Shown here one piece after another: positions 49,900 through 60,976 of a stretch of DNA of 64,000 bases (position 1 is the first letter of the stretch; every line of letters starts with the position of its first letter). The notes below the pieces were generated by a model. The model was not told where the DNA came from. It did no database searches and saw only the letters and a list, made by a program, of their open reading frames with translations. The position numbers were made by a program, and so were the translations under genes. Location of the stretch: the NCBI GenBank assembly GCA_963841435.1, contig CAWJCS010000002.1, positions 416,001 through 480,000 on the forward strand, given 5' to 3'. The DNA is from an uncultured delta proteobacterium. GTDB lineage: Bacteria; Myxococcota_A; Polyangia; Polyangiales; Polyangiaceae.

Positions 49900-51285
49900 T
49901 CAGGCCAGGATCTCGGGCATGGTTTTGGTCGTCTGGTCCCAGCTCCCGTACTGAGTCACGTTGAGCCCCATGACCTGCTGCATCGTGAGCATCAGCTCAG
50001 TGACTTTGCGCCCCGGCAGGCGCACGTGGCGATTACCTGGCAGCTGTCCGCCCGCGTGCCCCATAAGGACGATGCGGTAGTCCGTATGCACGTGCCACTG
50101 CGGCTCGAAGGCGATCTCGCTGATGCCGTAGCAGAGCGTCTGGTCGAGCACGGTGCTGGCACCGATGGTAGTTGCCTTCATGACCTTCGCGAGATCGGCG
50201 TACTGCTCCATGATGTAGCGCTCGATCTTGGTGTGTTCCGCCGTATTGCCGTCATGCGTCAGGGTGTGGTGGTCCCTGTTGACGTTGATCTGCGGGTAGG
50301 TGTTTTCGTCGCGAGCGCCGGACCACAAGTGCGTGTAGACCCGGGTCATATTGCACGCGAGGGCCGCTGTGATCAGGCGGTTCAGCGCCTGGCTCTTCGC
50401 CGTTACGTCGGGAAGGTTCGTGGCGGGCGCGGTCGGATTGCAGCTGTCCATGGGCGGGGTCGTGCCGCCGTCGGACCCTTCCGGGATGCGCAGCTCCACC
50501 GCACGGATACTCTCCATGTGCGCGTCGATGCGCTGGGCGTCCGCGACCCCGACGGTCCCCTTCAGGCGGTTCGCGTCCTCCCACACCGCGTCGAGCACGC
50601 TTCGCCGTAGATTGTTCGCGACGTCCGTCGGAACTCCGGACGAGCCCCCCGATCCAGTTGGCACCCCATTGCCGAACAGCGTGTTGAAGAGCTTTGCCGG
50701 GTCGCGCTCGGGCGGCAAAAAATCGTTGGGGCCGCGATGGGCGAGGTTGTTACTCACCGTGCCCATGTTGATGCCCTTGAACGCGAGCACGCCGGTCTCG
50801 AGCGACTTGAACGGCTGGTCCGTGTGAATGGCGTCCGCGATGATCTGATCGATCGTGGGCTTGTACTGAGTTGCGCTCGGGTTCTCTGCGCCCGTTGTGA
50901 TGTCGGAGGTCTTGTTGATAGTCTTGCCGTCGCCGCCCGCGAGCACGTACATCACACCCCACCCGTGGCCCTTGAACTGGGCGTCCATCATGTCCAGGCC
51001 CGTGACGAACGTCATGTCGTTCTTCACCTCCTGGAACGCCTGCAGGTTCAGGGGGAGCTGCCAGTTGCTGCCGCTACCTGACGGGGTCCAGTCCCCCACG
51101 TAGTAGCTGTTGCCCCAGAAGAAGATGCCGAACGTGGTGGGCAGCGGCTCACCCTGCGCGAACGCGTCGCCGTGGTCGTTGCACATGGCATCGAGGATGG
51201 GTAGCCAGAGCGACACACCGATGCCACCGACGGCGCCCTTTAAGGCGAATCGGCGAGAAACGCGGAGCTTTTTCAGGATTTCCAT
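49900..51285 (-). CDS. DUF1552 protein with Tat-like signal
   Basis: VSRRFALKG..VSLWLPILDAM, PTIDQIIA, DPAKLFNTLF, SVLDAV, ALACNMTRV, HHTLTH. Confidence 0.92.
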   Translation of the reverse strand: MEILKKLRVSRRFALKGAVGGIGVSLWLPILDAMCNDHGDAFAQGEPLPTTFGIFFWGNSYYVGDWTPSGSGSNWQLPLNLQAFQEVKNDMTFVTGLDMMDAQFKGHGWGVMYVLAGGDGKTINKTSDITTGAENPSATQYKPTIDQIIADAIHTDQPFKSLETGVLAFKGINMGTVSNNLAHRGPNDFLPPERDPAKLFNTLFGNGVPTGSGGSSGVPTDVANNLRRSVLDAVWEDANRLKGTVGVADAQRIDAHMESIRAVELRIPEGSDGGTTPPMDSCNPTAPATNLPDVTAKSQALNRLITAALACNMTRVYTHLWSGARDENTYPQINVNRDHHTLTHDGNTAEHTKIERYIMEQYADLAKVMKATTIGASTVLDQTLCYGISEIAFEPQWHVHTDYRIVLMGHAGGQLPGNRHVRLPGRKVTELMLTMQQVMGLNVTQYGSWDQTTKTMPEILA

Positions 51286-51288
51286 GGC

Positions 51289-53190
51289 TTACGGATTCTC
51301 TCCCGTGATCGGAAGTGCGGGCGCGGAGCGGAAGGCGTCGCCGACGACGAAGTCGGCAACGAAGTCGCGAAACACGTAGTTGCGCGAGGCCAGGGTCGCC
51401 CCCATGGTGTCAACTTGCGGCTGGTCGTAGAGGTCGTCCGCGCGACCGTTGACGTTACGATAGAAGTTGCGAAGCAGGCACTCGTTCGCGACAGGGCTCG
51501 CGCGCAGCGCCGCTCCGAGGCCGACCGCGTCGTCGAACGCCGTCCCGTCTTCCAGGACGCCGCTCGCGTCGATCGCGAGCCCGTTCTCCGTTTCGCGATA
51601 CCGGCCGATGGAGTCGAAATGTTCTAGTGCCATGCCCAGCGGATCGAACATGCTGTGACATCCGGCGCATACTGGATTCGAACGGTGCTGTTCGAGCTTC
51701 TGGCGAGTCGTCAGCGTTGGATCGTCGGGGATCTTGGTGTTCACGTTGCCCGGCGGTGGGTCGGGCACCGTGCAAAAGAACGCCTGAATCATGTACAAGC
51801 CGCGGACGGTGGGGGACGAGTGATCCGACTTGGAGTGGCCGGCGAGCATGGCCGCCTGGCCCATGATTCCAACCCGGCCCGACGTGGGAGCGAGCGTGAA
51901 TTGAGCAAAGCCCGAGTTCGGAGCGGTGACGCCGTAGATCGGGGCGAGCGCCGCGTCGGCAAAGGTCTGATTGCTGTCGAAGAACGAACGCACGTCGGCG
52001 GAAGGGGCGAGGACCACCCGCTCGAGGAACAGCCGCGTGCCCTCCTTCATGGAGTTCTGCAGGGTGGCGTTGTAGGTCGGAAACATGTTGGGGTCCTTGT
52101 CCGACACCATGACGAGCTCCGCCTGCGAGTACTCGTAGAAGAACGCGGTCAGCCGATCGACGAGGCCTGGATCGCTGAGCAGCGGAGCCGCCGCGGTTTT
52201 CACGCCTTCGGCCGTGTCCAGCTGACCTGACTCGCCCGCCGTCAGAAGCTCCGGGCTCGGCGGGCCCCCAGTGAGGAAGTAGGCGAGACGGACCGCCATC
52301 GATCGACCGTCGTACTTGAGCCGCCCGTTCGCCGTATCGAGCGCGTTGGTCTCGACGCGATAGAGGAAGTTCGGCGACTGCAGTAGGCCGGAGACCACCG
52401 TCGAGAGCCCGACTGCTGCGCTACCTCCCAACGCGGCCGCGTCGCGCGCGACCTGAACCCATTGCTGGAACTCCGGGTCCGACACGTCGCGCCGGAACGC
52501 GCGCTTGCCGAACGCGCGCACGAACGTCTCCACACAGGTGTCGCTCAGGTCCGCCTTGGGCTGGCAGCCCACGAGCGTTTGCCAGCGCGCCATGTCCGCA
52601 AACACCTCCGCCACGACCGCGCGACTCGCGACCTCGTATTTGTCGGCGGCCGTTGCGTTGACGGTCACCTTCGACGCGCCGAGCGCGACGAGCCCCCCGA
52701 CGGACGTGTCATCCGGGAGGTCGAGCGGAGTCGTCACGTTACCGAACAAGCTCTTCAATGAGGCCAGGTACTCGGCCTGCGTGAGCAGCCTCAGCTGGAC
52801 CCCGCCTGTGCTCAGGGGCGCCGAGCCGGCGCTGCCACCCGCTCCCGTGCCACCCGCGCTGCTGCCCGCTGCGCCACCCACTGCGCCAGCCCCAGCGCTA
52901 CCTCCAGCGCCAGCCCCAACGCTACCGGCAGCGCCACCGGCCGTGGTGCCGCCACCGCCGCCGGTCGTCGTTGCGCCGCTGCCGCCGCTGGCCAGGTTCC
53001 CCGTCCCGCCGACACTCGGTGGCTGGGTCGTCGGGCCGTCGATCTGCCCCGTACAGGCGACCGTGAAGAAAGCGGCGCAACTGACAGCAACGGCCGCTGA
53101 GGCTCGGGCCGCGTTGACCACCCGCGCGGCACTTGGAAACTCATGACCTCGCAGGCCGCGCTTTTGTTTGATCTGGCTTGGTCGATGCAC
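51289..53190 (-). CDS. DUF1592/DUF1588-type lipoprotein with one CxxCH motif
   Basis: TVAC lipobox, LRLLTQAEY, LQSPNFLYRVE, SSPTVRG, TTRQKLEQH...CAGCH...DPLGMALEHFD. Confidence 0.92.
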   Translation of the reverse strand: MHRPSQIKQKRGLRGHEFPSAARVVNAARASAAVAVSCAAFFTVACTGQIDGPTTQPPSVGGTGNLASGGSGATTTGGGGGTTAGGAAGSVGAGAGGSAGAGAVGGAAGSSAGGTGAGGSAGSAPLSTGGVQLRLLTQAEYLASLKSLFGNVTTPLDLPDDTSVGGLVALGASKVTVNATAADKYEVASRAVVAEVFADMARWQTLVGCQPKADLSDTCVETFVRAFGKRAFRRDVSDPEFQQWVQVARDAAALGGSAAVGLSTVVSGLLQSPNFLYRVETNALDTANGRLKYDGRSMAVRLAYFLTGGPPSPELLTAGESGQLDTAEGVKTAAAPLLSDPGLVDRLTAFFYEYSQAELVMVSDKDPNMFPTYNATLQNSMKEGTRLFLERVVLAPSADVRSFFDSNQTFADAALAPIYGVTAPNSGFAQFTLAPTSGRVGIMGQAAMLAGHSKSDHSSPTVRGLYMIQAFFCTVPDPPPGNVNTKIPDDPTLTTRQKLEQHRSNPVCAGCHSMFDPLGMALEHFDSIGRYRETENGLAIDASGVLEDGTAFDDAVGLGAALRASPVANECLLRNFYRNVNGRADDLYDQPQVDTMGATLASRNYVFRDFVADFVVGDAFRSAPALPITGENP

Positions 53191-53711
53191 GACGAGTGGG
53201 CCTTTCGGCTGGATGGGTCAGGTTAAAAACCGCCGAACCACCTCGACTGGTTCACATAAAGAGCGGGACCTTCCGACGAGCGGCAGCAATTCCATTGTTG
53301 GTGGAAGGATCTCGCACGAGGGCTCGGGTTTCAATCATCCTCGCCCGTTTCTGACGACAAAATCCGCGCTTCTTTGGATCTCGCGCGTTCGCTCTGCCCC
53401 GTGGCGAGCAAGCGCTACGTTAAAGAGACTGCCGAGGCGACAGAAACTGTTCAGCAAAAAATCACGGCAGGGACAGAGGGCAGACAGCGCTCGGCACCTC
53501 CCGTCCAGGAGACCACAAAAAGGGGCACGCGCGGTACGTTTCTTGAACCTATTTGTCCGGCCAGCGAGTCTCTATCTCGGGCCGAGGAGTCTCAAGGAGA
53601 TGACGGTAGCAAATCCGAACACGCCAAGGTTGAAAAAGAGGTTTGCGTCGGCGGGAACGGCCGAGAGCGGCCGAGCAGTCTGGTAAGACGACGGAAACGG
53701 AAGGAGATGCC

Positions 53712-54953
53712 ATGACCCCGCGCCCGTTCGAACCCCAGTTCATGAAAATGAGTGTGCTGACTGCTGCGCTGCAGGAGCTCACCCCCCGACGCATTCGCGA
53801 CGAAGACCCGGATCGTGCGATCGAGGATTGGCTCGATTTCGCGGGCGAGCTCGACTGCCCCAACATCCAGATCTCCGCCGCCTTGCACCCGACCGAGGCC
53901 GACGTGCCAGAGGAGGCGATGCTCGACCCGGTCGCGAACCACCTCGATCTGCGTCAGCCCTTCGACAAGGCGCGCGCCAAGCGAGTGCTCGCCAAAATGG
54001 ACTCCACGCGAGTCGGCGTCACCGACATCGCCTTCTTCGACAATCTTCTGCACGACGATGCGGCGGTGCGGAACAAGAAGCACCAGTTCGTCATCCGGAT
54101 GATGGACGCGGCGGCGCTGCTCGGCGTGAAAGCGATCTGCGGGTTCGTCGGTCGGAACCAGAAGCTCTCGATGGACCAGAACCTCAAGTTCTTCGAGGAG
54201 GTCTTCGTCCCGCTCCTCAAAGAAGCCAAGGCGCGCGGCATCGAGTACCGCGTGGAGCAGTGCCCGATGCCGGGCTGGACCGTCGGCGACAACTTCCACA
54301 ACAACATCGGCTATGCGCCGGGTATGTGGATCGCCCTCCACCGCATCTGCGAAAAGCACGGCGTCGGCGACCAGTTTCGCGTGCACTACGACCCGTCGCA
54401 CGCCGTCCTGATGGGTCAGGATACGCGATCGATCTTTCAGTATCTCAAAGACACCGGTTACGATTTTCTCGTCAGCGGCTTCCACGTCAAGGGGCAGGTG
54501 ATCGACTCCAAGGGGGTGTCGGCGTGGGGCTACGGGGGCCAGACCGTCGAGCGCGGCGACTGGAAGGACGGCCGCCCGTCGTCGAACCCCGCCGATCAGC
54601 TCAACGCTTGGAAGAAGCAGACGGTGCTGTGCGAGCACGAGCTGCCCGGGACCGCGAAGCACGATCCGCTCGCCTACCTGCAGAACCGCACGGTCGACTG
54701 GCTGGATCATCAGCTCGCCGCCCGCGAGCTCTTGAAGCTCGACGTTGCGAACACGGCGCTCGTGATCGAGCACGAGTACCCCCGCGCCCGTATCCAAGAC
54801 AAGGAGCGGCTCAAGCCCATCCTCAAGGGCTCGATCGCCTTCGCCCGCACCATCGACGAGGCTGCCGCGTGCATGCACGCGCTCCACCACGACGTACTGC
54901 CCTCGCAGAACATCCCCGTCCAGGGGCGCGGGCGCGTCGCCTACTTTAGTTGA
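53712..54953 (+). CDS. Sugar-phosphate isomerase/epimerase family (xylose-isomerase-like TIM barrel)
   Basis: [33 protein letters not shown]. Confidence 0.88.
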   Translation: MTPRPFEPQFMKMSVLTAALQELTPRRIRDEDPDRAIEDWLDFAGELDCPNIQISAALHPTEADVPEEAMLDPVANHLDLRQPFDKARAKRVLAKMDSTRVGVTDIAFFDNLLHDDAAVRNKKHQFVIRMMDAAALLGVKAICGFVGRNQKLSMDQNLKFFEEVFVPLLKEAKARGIEYRVEQCPMPGWTVGDNFHNNIGYAPGMWIALHRICEKHGVGDQFRVHYDPSHAVLMGQDTRSIFQYLKDTGYDFLVSGFHVKGQVIDSKGVSAWGYGGQTVERGDWKDGRPSSNPADQLNAWKKQTVLCEHELPGTAKHDPLAYLQNRTVDWLDHQLAARELLKLDVANTALVIEHEYPRARIQDKERLKPILKGSIAFARTIDEAAACMHALHHDVLPSQNIPVQGRGRVAYFS

Positions 54954-54964
54954 TGGAGCGTTCG

Positions 54965-56092
54965 ATGACCAAGCGGAAGCTCAACGTCGCGATGATCGGA
55001 TACGACTTCATGGGTCGTACGCACTCGAACGCGTGGCGTCAGGTCGCCCGCTTCTTTCCGGACATTCCGTGCGAGCCCGTGCTGAAAGTCGTGGTCGGGC
55101 GTACGAAGAGCAAAGTAGCCGAGGCGCAGGCGCGCCTCGGATTCGAAGAATCCGCGACGAGCTGGGAAGAAGTGCTCGCGCGGAAAGACATCAACGTCAT
55201 CGACATCTGCACGCCGGGCGACTCCCACGCGGCCATCGCCGTCGCCGCGGCGGAGGCAGGCAAGGCCATCCTGTGCGAGAAGCCGCTCGCGAACGACCTC
55301 ACCGCGGCGGAGCGGATGGCCGGTGCGGTCAAAAAGTCGGGCTCGATCAACATGGTCTGCCACAACTACCGGCGCGTCCCCGCGGTCGCTCTCGCGAAGA
55401 AGCTGATCGACGACGGCAAGCTCGGAACGATCCACCACTACCGAGGTGTCTACCTTCAAGACTGGATCGTCGACCCGAATTTCCCCAGGGTGTGGCGGCT
55501 CGAGAAGGCACGTGCTGGCTCGGGGTCGCTCGGCGACATCCTTTCTCATACGATGGATCTCTCGCGCTACCTCGTCGGCGAACCCGTGGAGGTGTCGGGG
55601 CTTCTGAAGACGTTCGTTCCGGAGCGGCCGCTTCCGGACGGAAGCGGCCGGCGCGGCCCGGTGGACGTGGATGACTCCGCCCAGGCGCTCGTGAAGTTCG
55701 CGAACGGCGCCGTCGGCTACTACGAGGGCTCTCGCTTTGCGCCAGGGCGCAAGAACTACAATCGCCTCGAAATCAACGGCTCCAAGGGCAGTCTCGTCTG
55801 GGATCTCGAGCGGATGAACGATCTCGAGGTGTGCCTCGACACGGGCCCGCTCGGCGGATTTACCAACATCTCCGTGACCGACGGCAGCCATCCTTACTTC
55901 GGGGCCTGGTGGCCCGCGGGGCACATCATCGGTTACGAGCACTCGTTCACGCACACCGTCTACGACTTCGTGAAGGGGATCGCCGACGGAAAGTCTCCCC
56001 GTCCTGACTTCGAGGACGGACTGAAAAATCAAAAGGTGCTCGACGCCATCGAGCGGTCCGCGAAGAGCGGACAATGGGTCAAGATCCCGTAA
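54965..56092 (+). CDS. Gfo/Idh/MocA family NAD(P)-dependent oxidoreductase
   Basis: [55 protein letters not shown]. Confidence 0.95.
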   Translation: MTKRKLNVAMIGYDFMGRTHSNAWRQVARFFPDIPCEPVLKVVVGRTKSKVAEAQARLGFEESATSWEEVLARKDINVIDICTPGDSHAAIAVAAAEAGKAILCEKPLANDLTAAERMAGAVKKSGSINMVCHNYRRVPAVALAKKLIDDGKLGTIHHYRGVYLQDWIVDPNFPRVWRLEKARAGSGSLGDILSHTMDLSRYLVGEPVEVSGLLKTFVPERPLPDGSGRRGPVDVDDSAQALVKFANGAVGYYEGSRFAPGRKNYNRLEINGSKGSLVWDLERMNDLEVCLDTGPLGGFTNISVTDGSHPYFGAWWPAGHIIGYEHSFTHTVYDFVKGIADGKSPRPDFEDGLKNQKVLDAIERSAKSGQWVKIP

Positions 56093-56142
56093 TCGGGGCG
56101 CCCACTCCCAAGTTTTAGTCTCGCCAGAAAGGTCACCCCGCC

Positions 56143-57369
56143 ATGTTGAGTCACAGAAACCTTCTTTGCTCCATTGCTGCTGCCTCGTTGCTCGCCGCGG
56201 CGTGCGGGCCCAATACCGAGGAGATCCCCGACCTACCGAGTGCCGGTGCCGGAGGCGTCGGGGGAGCAAGCGCTGCGGGCGGCACCGATCCCACCACGGG
56301 AGGCACCGGAGGCGCCACGGGAGGCACCGGAGGCGCCACGGGAGGCACGGGTGGTTCCGTGGGCGGCAGCGCGGGGACGGGCGGCTCTGTCATGGCGGGT
56401 TCCTCGGGCGGGCCTCCCGCAACGGGCGGCGTCGGCGTTGGTGGCGCGGCAGGAGCCGGCGGCACCGCGGGCGACGTCGCGATGGGCGGCACCGCTGGTG
56501 ACGCCGCGATGGGCGGCACCGCCGGTGACGTCGCGATGGGCGGCACCGCGGGCACCGACGTTCCGGTGGCGGGCATGGGCGGCAGCGCCGGAACCGGCGG
56601 GGACCCAACTGGAGGCGCCGCCGGCACCGGAGCCACGGCGGGAGCGGGCGGCGCTGGCGGGACGGGTGCCTACGCCGCGCGCACCGGGTCGTTCAAGATG
56701 CTCGCCTACTCGAAGACGAGCGGCTTCCGCCACACGGAGGCGATCGCCGCGGGCCAGCCGATGCTCACGGCCATGGGTGCGAAGCAGGGCTTCACAGTGA
56801 CCTTCAGCGAGAACGCTGCCGACTTCTCGGCGGCGAACCTCGCACAGTACGAGATCGTGTTCGCGCTCGACCCCACGGGCAACAACCTCTCGAATCAGCA
56901 GAAGGCCGACTTCGAAGACTGGATGACGAACAAGAACGGCGCGTTTGCGGGCGTTCACTCGGCGACGGATCACGAGAACGGATGGGCGTTTTATTCCGAA
57001 GTCACGGGGCAGTACTACGATCTGCACGACAACTGCTGCCAGCAACAGAACATCCAGTGGGACTCTGCCGCGACGGAGTTCATCGCCGTCAAGGGCCTTC
57101 CGAGCCCGTGGCAGCGCTCCGAAGAGTGGTACAAGTTCAACAGCTGGCAGCAGTGGTCCGCGAAGCCTGGATTCCAGGTCCTGAGCCGCGTCACGACGTC
57201 AGGCGGTGGCACGAGGCCCGTGAGTTACATCCGCGAGTGGGGAAATTTTCGCTCCTTCTACACGTCCCTCGGACACGAAGGACCGACGTACTCGGACGCC
57301 AACTTCATCAAGCACGTGTCCGCCGGTATCATGTGGGCGGTCCGGCGCGAGGCCCTGCTCCAGCCCTAG
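56143..57369 (+). CDS. ThuA-domain lipoprotein
   Basis: LAAAC lipobox, Gly-rich linker, YSKTSGFRH, GVHSATD, EEWY, FYTSLGH. Confidence 0.9.
   Translation: MLSHRNLLCSIAAASLLAAACGPNTEEIPDLPSAGAGGVGGASAAGGTDPTTGGTGGATGGTGGATGGTGGSVGGSAGTGGSVMAGSSGGPPATGGVGVGGAAGAGGTAGDVAMGGTAGDAAMGGTAGDVAMGGTAGTDVPVAGMGGSAGTGGDPTGGAAGTGATAGAGGAGGTGAYAARTGSFKMLAYSKTSGFRHTEAIAAGQPMLTAMGAKQGFTVTFSENAADFSAANLAQYEIVFALDPTGNNLSNQQKADFEDWMTNKNGAFAGVHSATDHENGWAFYSEVTGQYYDLHDNCCQQQNIQWDSAATEFIAVKGLPSPWQRSEEWYKFNSWQQWSAKPGFQVLSRVTTSGGGTRPVSYIREWGNFRSFYTSLGHEGPTYSDANFIKHVSAGIMWAVRREALLQP
56294..56348. repeat. 21-bp coding tandem repeat in a Gly/Thr linker (about 2.6 copies)
   Basis: CCACGGGAGGCACCGGAGGCG twice plus a partial third copy. 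Confidence 0.8.
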
Positions 57370-57374
57370 GCTCG

Positions 57375-57437
57375 AGCCGCCCAAAACAACCCACGTCAGC
57401 CGCCCAAAACAACCACACGTCAGCGGTTGGGTCGGCT
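57375..57437. repeat. Intergenic 23/24-bp direct repeat followed by a complementary segment
   Basis: AGCCGCCCAAAACAACCCACGTC then AGCCGCCCAAAACAACCACACGTC then AGCGGTTGGGTCGGCT. Confidence 0.8.
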
Positions 57438-57494
57438 AATGTTGGCCCGGCTTTCACCGGCGTGGCACCCGACGAAATTCGAAAGGACTGAGGT

Positions 57495-58859
57495 ATGTGG
57501 CTTAGCAAGAAGCAGCTTGGAGCATCGATCCTCGCTGCTGCAGTTTCGTTGCTTGCGGGCTCGGCGGCAGCCGAGATCAAACTCGTCGAGGCCAACGGTT
57601 GGACGGTGTCCACCGACGGGCGCGTCAACGGCTTCGCCTCTCATGTCTGGGGCGACGATCGGCCGGAAGGGCTCGAGAGCCTGCCCTGGGTCGGCTTCAA
57701 CGAGACGGGGGATTCAGGCGAGACGGACGGGAGCGGTAAGCTGCGAAAAACCCGAATTCGCTCCGGCTTCGTGCCTTCGACCTTCGGCTTTACGGTCAAC
57801 AAGGAGCTCAAGAACGGACTGAAGCTCAAGGGAAGAATCGAGATCGGCATCCAGATCGCCAACACGGATCCCTCTTTCGTGGCTGACCCCACGTGGATGG
57901 AGCCGCGTGCCGCGTACCTCGAGGTGGGGGGGGTGTGGGGAAGCTTCAAGGCGGGTCGCGACCTCAGCCTGTTTCCTCGCGGCAACCTGATCATGAATTA
58001 CGAGCTCGGGCATGCCTACGGCGTGGGCTTTCCGTGCGCCTACGAGAAAGTCTTCGGCGGCGCGTGCGGGCACGTCGGATTCGGCACGCTGTGGCCAGAT
58101 TTTCGCGCGCAGCTCACGTATTCGACGCCCAACTTCGGCAACATCTTTCAGGCCAGTGTCGGCATCTTCGATCCCCGCACGGTGCCCACGTACAATTGGA
58201 CGCACACGCGCCTGCCGCGCGTCGAAGGTGAAGCGGTCGCCAAGTACGACTTCCGCGAAGGTTGGGGATTCAAGGCGTGGGCCAACGGCTCCTGGCAGGA
58301 GCTCGGTATCGGCGTCGACACCACCGTGCCTAACACGAGCCCGCCCGAGGTCAGCGGGCGCACGCTCTACACGCAGAATGCCTACGGGGTGGGTGGAGGC
58401 GTCACGGGTTACCTCGGTCCGGTGAAGGTCGGCGGCTCCGGCTACGCAGGCAAGGGCATGGACGCGTTCGAGATGCTGACCTTCAATCCCATCTTCGTCT
58501 CGCGCGACCCCTCGTTGCCCAACGAGAGACGCAGGTTTCGCCCGTCGCGCGGCTTCCTCGTGGAAGCTTCGGTCACGATCGGAACCACCTGGGTGATGGG
58601 TGGCTTCGGCCGGGCCTACCTCGATCGCATGCCCAGCGACACGCCGATCACGACGCCAGGCGAGCCGCCGCTCCTGCGCAGCCAGACGGGTATCTCGACG
58701 GGGATCTTCCATCGCATCGACGCGTTCGTTCTGGGGCTCGACTACTTCAACGCCCATTACGCCTTCGACCCCCGCGTGGTCGCGCTCCCGACTCAACACA
58801 CCGAAACGTCGAAGCAGATCGTCCACACGGTGAACGCTGGCGCAACGCTCGAATGGTAG
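57495..58859 (+). CDS. Outer-membrane porin
   Basis: Signal peptide AAAE, TDGRVN, IRSGFVPS, R.AYLE..G.WGS..AGR, amphipathic strands, terminal aromatic LEW. Confidence 0.82.
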   Translation: MWLSKKQLGASILAAAVSLLAGSAAAEIKLVEANGWTVSTDGRVNGFASHVWGDDRPEGLESLPWVGFNETGDSGETDGSGKLRKTRIRSGFVPSTFGFTVNKELKNGLKLKGRIEIGIQIANTDPSFVADPTWMEPRAAYLEVGGVWGSFKAGRDLSLFPRGNLIMNYELGHAYGVGFPCAYEKVFGGACGHVGFGTLWPDFRAQLTYSTPNFGNIFQASVGIFDPRTVPTYNWTHTRLPRVEGEAVAKYDFREGWGFKAWANGSWQELGIGVDTTVPNTSPPEVSGRTLYTQNAYGVGGGVTGYLGPVKVGGSGYAGKGMDAFEMLTFNPIFVSRDPSLPNERRRFRPSRGFLVEASVTIGTTWVMGGFGRAYLDRMPSDTPITTPGEPPLLRSQTGISTGIFHRIDAFVLGLDYFNAHYAFDPRVVALPTQHTETSKQIVHTVNAGATLEW

Positions 58860-58871
58860 ACCGGCCTTGCC

Positions 58872-59474
58872 ATGAGCAGGCGCGCGTTTCATCGCCCGGC
58901 GCGGTTGATCCTTTCAGCCGCGCTCGGGCTTCCGGCGTGCAGCAAGTCGGACACGCCGCCCGCTGCGGGCTCGTCGCGCGCGGCGCCGGTGCAGAGCGTC
59001 GCGGCGCCGCCGGCGAGCGACTCGGCAGCCTGGGAAGGCCACCCGCCTCGTCCGCCGCCACAGCCGCCGCCCGGTGCCTCCGCGACGGCGCTACGCCCGG
59101 ATTTCCGGGCGCGCCTCACGACTCTCCGAGTGTCGGCTCACGTCGGTTCCGTCACTATGCGCAGGCGCGGGTCGAGCTGGATTACCGCGGGCGACGCCGG
59201 TTGCACGGTGCCCGAAAGCCGCATCGAACGCGCCTTCGACAACCTCGCTGGGCTCGAGGCGGTGAAGACCGAGCAGCAACCCGCGGACGGCAACGCGTTC
59301 GAGCTCCAGATCGTCGCGCTCATGGGCGAGGACATCGCATTACAGCTCGAAGTGGCGAGCCGGAACGAGAAAGGGGATCTCGTCCAGCTCTACGACGGCT
59401 CGAGGTACCGGATGCGCGGGCTCGATCGAGCCTTGTGGTCGCCGCATCCCGCGGATTGGTGCCGGGAGCCCTGA
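58872..59474 (+). CDS. Hypothetical lipoprotein (DUF4340-like)
   Basis: LGLPAC lipobox, Pro-rich linker, VTMRRRGSSW...IERAFDNLAGLEA. Confidence 0.55.
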   Translation: MSRRAFHRPARLILSAALGLPACSKSDTPPAAGSSRAAPVQSVAAPPASDSAAWEGHPPRPPPQPPPGASATALRPDFRARLTTLRVSAHVGSVTMRRRGSSWITAGDAGCTVPESRIERAFDNLAGLEAVKTEQQPADGNAFELQIVALMGEDIALQLEVASRNEKGDLVQLYDGSRYRMRGLDRALWSPHPADWCREP

Positions 59475-59702
59475 GCGAATATGTCGTCCGGACTCAGAAT
59501 GACATTCTCGTTGACGCAATTTGGACGTTTTCGGGAGCGGGCCGTACGGGGCGTGACGCGGCGCGCCCCGTGCAAGGATCGCAAAATTCCAGCACGAAAC
59601 TAGTCAGTCTTCGTCGCGAAATTTGGATGCACCGAGGCGCGCGATGATGTTTGATGACGGCGTTTTTCGAGTCAATAGTCCCCCAACCGAGACTGTGATC
59701 CC

Positions 59703-60929
59703 ATGAATTCCTCACGACTGTTCACTGCCAGTTGCGTCGCGCTAATCGTCACGGCCATGAGCTTCGCGCTTCGCGGGGCGGCCACCGCCGACTGGGTGTC
59801 CCAGTTCAATCTCACGAACGAGCAGGCTGGTTGGGTGAACGGCACGGCGTTCTGGGGCTTCACTCTGGCTATGGTCGTGGGCGGCCCCCTGGTCGATGTG
59901 CTCGGGCTTCGGCGCATCATCGGTGTCGCCTTCGTCGGCCACGCCGCAGGGATCGTTCTCACCCTGGCCGCGTGGGACTTCTGGAGCTTGTTCGTTGGGA
60001 CCTTGCTGTTCGGTATCGCGAACGGCTCGGTCGAGGCAGCCTGCAATCCACTGGTCGCTTCGCTCTTCCCGAACAACCAAACCACGAAGCTCAACCACTT
60101 TCACGTGTGGTTTCCCGGTGGCATCGTGATCGGCGGGCTCTTGTCGTTCCTCTTTGGCAAGCTCGGCCTCGGTTGGCACGCGCAGTTCGCGACGATGCTC
60201 GTTCCGCTGGTCGCGTACGCCTTCTTGTTCTTCGGCCAGACGTTCCCGCGCACGGCGCGCGTGGAACGCGGCGAGTCCACAGGCTCCATGTTCGCGGCCT
60301 GCCTTTCGCCCGGATTCCTGTTCATGGTCGCGTGCATGCTCCTCACCGCCGCGACCGAGCTCGGGCCCGGCCAGTGGATTCCGTCCATTCTCGAGCACGC
60401 CGGTGTCTCCGGTATCCTCGTGTTGGTTTGGATCACCGGACTGATGGCGATCGGCCGCATGTTCGCCGGTCCGTTCGTGCACAAGCTTTCGCCGATCGGC
60501 ATGCTCATCGGGAGTGCCCTCGTGAGCACGCTGGGCCTTTACGCCATGTCTCACACCACCGGCGCGACGCTGTTCGCCGGCGCGACGGTGTTCGCCTTCG
60601 GCGTGTGCTTCTTCTGGCCGACGATGCTCGGTTTCGTTGCCGAGAACTTCCCGAAGACCGGCGCGCTCGGTCTCGCGATCATGGGCGGCGCCGGCATGCT
60701 GAGCGTCAGCTTCGTGCTCCCAATCATCGGCAGCTGGTATGACGCAGGCATCGCCGCCCGCACCCCTGCCGAGGCGCCGAGCGGGGAAGCCCTCGCCGCC
60801 ATTCAAGCCGCAGCCGGGCTCGAAGCTCTCGGCAAGGTCGCCCTGCTCCCGGCCATCCTCACGGTCGCCTTCATCCTGATCGCCGTCACCCGGAAGAAGG
60901 GCCTCGCGCGCGCCGTGCCTTCGCACTGA
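59703..60929 (+). CDS. MFS sugar transporter
   Basis: About 12 hydrophobic segments; DVLGLRR motif A; GSVEAACNPLVA; FHVWFPGGIVIG; FWPTMLG. Confidence 0.93.
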   Translation: MNSSRLFTASCVALIVTAMSFALRGAATADWVSQFNLTNEQAGWVNGTAFWGFTLAMVVGGPLVDVLGLRRIIGVAFVGHAAGIVLTLAAWDFWSLFVGTLLFGIANGSVEAACNPLVASLFPNNQTTKLNHFHVWFPGGIVIGGLLSFLFGKLGLGWHAQFATMLVPLVAYAFLFFGQTFPRTARVERGESTGSMFAACLSPGFLFMVACMLLTAATELGPGQWIPSILEHAGVSGILVLVWITGLMAIGRMFAGPFVHKLSPIGMLIGSALVSTLGLYAMSHTTGATLFAGATVFAFGVCFFWPTMLGFVAENFPKTGALGLAIMGGAGMLSVSFVLPIIGSWYDAGIAARTPAEAPSGEALAAIQAAAGLEALGKVALLPAILTVAFILIAVTRKKGLARAVPSH

Positions 60930-60976
60930 TCGCAGCGCCGGGAAAACGGTGATAGAATAGTCTTCTTGTGCGTGAA

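Noticed and set aside
53191-53711. Long, less GC-rich intergenic region as a possible ncRNA
   Set aside because: Consistent with a divergent promoter region; no recognisable RNA motif or clear sigma-54 box found by eye
57375-57421. Possible mini-CRISPR array
   Set aside because: Only two adjacent units, no spacers and no cas genes
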